Below, in pieces: positions 30,829 to 32,000 of a DNA stretch of 32,000 nucleotides. Under the pieces are notes generated by a model that did not search any database, was not told the origin of the DNA, and saw nothing but the letters and a program-made list of their open reading frames with translations. A program made the position numbers and the translations under genes. Origin of the DNA: Candidatus Saccharimonadota bacterium (GTDB lineage Bacteria > Pseudomonadota > Alphaproteobacteria > Rickettsiales > Anaplasmataceae); the NCBI RefSeq assembly GCF_013365495.1, contig NZ_CP046580.1, positions 600,001 through 632,000 on the forward strand. The letters are read 5' to 3'. Within the stretch, counting starts at the first letter, position 1. Each line of letters begins with the position of its first letter.

Positions 30829-31653
30829 CTAACCCCTTAAACTTTTTATATGCTTGTCACTAAACTTATTTTTCTTTCGAGTTCTTTTTCCCTTTGTTGC
30901 AACACCCCAAGGAGTAACAGGATGACGACCACCAGAAGTTTTTCCTTCTCCACCTCCATGAGGATGATCAACTGGATTCATAGCAACTCCACGAACAGTA
31001 GGCCTAATTCCCAACCACCTACTTCTTCCTGCTTTACCTAACTTTATATTTTTACGATTAGAATTAGACACTACACCAATAGTAGCTTTACAAGCAGATA
31101 AAATCAACCTAACTTGACCAGATCTTAATCGCAATAAAACATAATTACCATCATGACCAATAATTTGTGCATAACAACCAGCAGCCCGAGCAATTACAGC
31201 ACCATTACCTGGCTTCAATTCAACACCGTGTACAAAAGAACCAATAGGTATACACCTTAATGGCAAACAATTACCTGATAATATATCAACACTCTCACCT
31301 GACATTACAAAATCACCTGGCTTTATATTTTGTGGAGCCAATATATAAGATTTAGTATTATCACTCTTATACAATATTAATGCTAAAAAACCACTCCTAT
31401 TTGGATCATATTCTATTTTTTCAACTACACCTTGATCACCTCTATTACGTTTAAAATCTACAATTCTATACTTTTTTTTGTGCCCACCACCCCTATGATG
31501 AGTAGTAACTCTACCACAATTATTTCTCCCACCACTAGACTTCTTACCAAACGTAAGAGATTTTTCAGGTCTATTTTTTGATAACCCAGACTTACTTATC
31601 AACACAGTTCCACGGGAAGATGGAGTAACAGGGTTAAGAAACTTTATACCCAC
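30829..31653 (-). CDS. rplB: 50S ribosomal protein L2
   Basis: [26 protein letters not shown]...[31 protein letters not shown]. The start codon is GTG. Confidence 0.96.
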   Translation of the reverse strand: MGIKFLNPVTPSSRGTVLISKSGLSKNRPEKSLTFGKKSSGGRNNCGRVTTHHRGGGHKKKYRIVDFKRNRGDQGVVEKIEYDPNRSGFLALILYKSDNTKSYILAPQNIKPGDFVMSGESVDILSGNCLPLRCIPIGSFVHGVELKPGNGAVIARAAGCYAQIIGHDGNYVLLRLRSGQVRLILSACKATIGVVSNSNRKNIKLGKAGRSRWLGIRPTVRGVAMNPVDHPHGGGEGKTSGGRHPVTPWGVATKGKRTRKKNKFSDKHIKSLRG

Positions 31654-31654
31654 A

Positions 31655-31942
31655 TTAAATACCCATCATATTTAATTTTTGACCATTAATTAAAGAAAAA
31701 TAAACCTTCTTTTTCTGTTTTTCATAACCAGACACACCTTTAAAGCGTCTATACTTAGACCTAACCATGACAACATTTATAGAAGCAACCTTAACTCTAA
31801 ATAGAGATTCTATTGCTAATTTTATTCTAAATTTATTTATATTTACAAAAACATACAAAGAATATCTATTAAATTTTTCTTTTAAAAAAGAAGCCTTTTC
31901 TGTAATTACAGGAGACTTTATTATATTATTATACTCTATCAT
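31655..31942 (-). CDS. rplW: 50S ribosomal protein L23
   Basis: [12 protein letters not shown]...VKVASINVV is the L23 pattern. It sits between rplD and rplB. Confidence 0.93.
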   Translation of the reverse strand: MIEYNNIIKSPVITEKASFLKEKFNRYSLYVFVNINKFRIKLAIESLFRVKVASINVVMVRSKYRRFKGVSGYEKQKKKVYFSLINGQKLNMMGI

Positions 31943-32000
31943 AATAATCTACCTTCAAGATCCTTTAAAGCATCATTTGTCAACATTATACAGTCATGAT
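31939..32000 (-). CDS. rplD: 50S ribosomal protein L4, 3' end (partial, runs off the right edge)
   Basis: The minus-strand frame reads ...[19 protein letters not shown] with TGA overlapping the rplW ATG (ATGA). The call rests mainly on conserved S10-operon order. Confidence 0.6.
   Translation of the reverse strand, partial: HDCIMLTNDALKDLEGRLL

Overview
AT-rich window with long ORF-free spacers, typical of a reduced obligate intracellular alphaproteobacterium (Rickettsiales, Anaplasmataceae). From memory, the 16S rRNA looks closest to the Wolbachia type (for example GGAGAGGGCTAGCGTTATTCGGAATTATTGGGCG and GGGATAGGGTCGGTTTGGCCGGATTT on the RNA strand); this needs a database check. The content is almost entirely housekeeping. 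The right 11.6 kb (20373-32000, minus strand) is a compact S10-spc-alpha ribosomal protein superoperon running rplD' to rplQ and including secY, adk and rpoA. The left 20 kb carries a groEL-like 3' end, tRNA-Gln, cutA, hflK-hflC-htrA, an AlgC/ManB-type phosphomutase and lolC/E. It also carries a 419-aa orphan membrane protein, sdhD and sdhC lying directly downstream of a stand-alone 16S rRNA gene, and a small membrane-anchored hypothetical. An Smr-domain protein, rlmB, a BI-1/YccA-family protein, ctaG/cox11 and a solitary pstS complete the set. I found no CRISPR array, IS element, prophage, integrase or recognisable defence or toxin system, so I do not claim a new multi-gene system. Five observations stand out: (1) the unlinked 16S gene is bracketed by a 24-nt leader/trailer complementarity, has an extended -10 promoter candidate and runs straight into sdhCD; (2) the 419-aa orphan has a central double hydrophobic block and a basic C-terminal tail; (3) a 1.86-kb ORF-free divergent spacer contains stop-riddled but protein-like frames, an orphan terminator and a perfect-SD micro-ORF; (4) spacers show very strong A+C enrichment on the plus strand, mirrored in codon choice; (5) a perfect 17-bp tandem duplication spans the rlmB stop codon.
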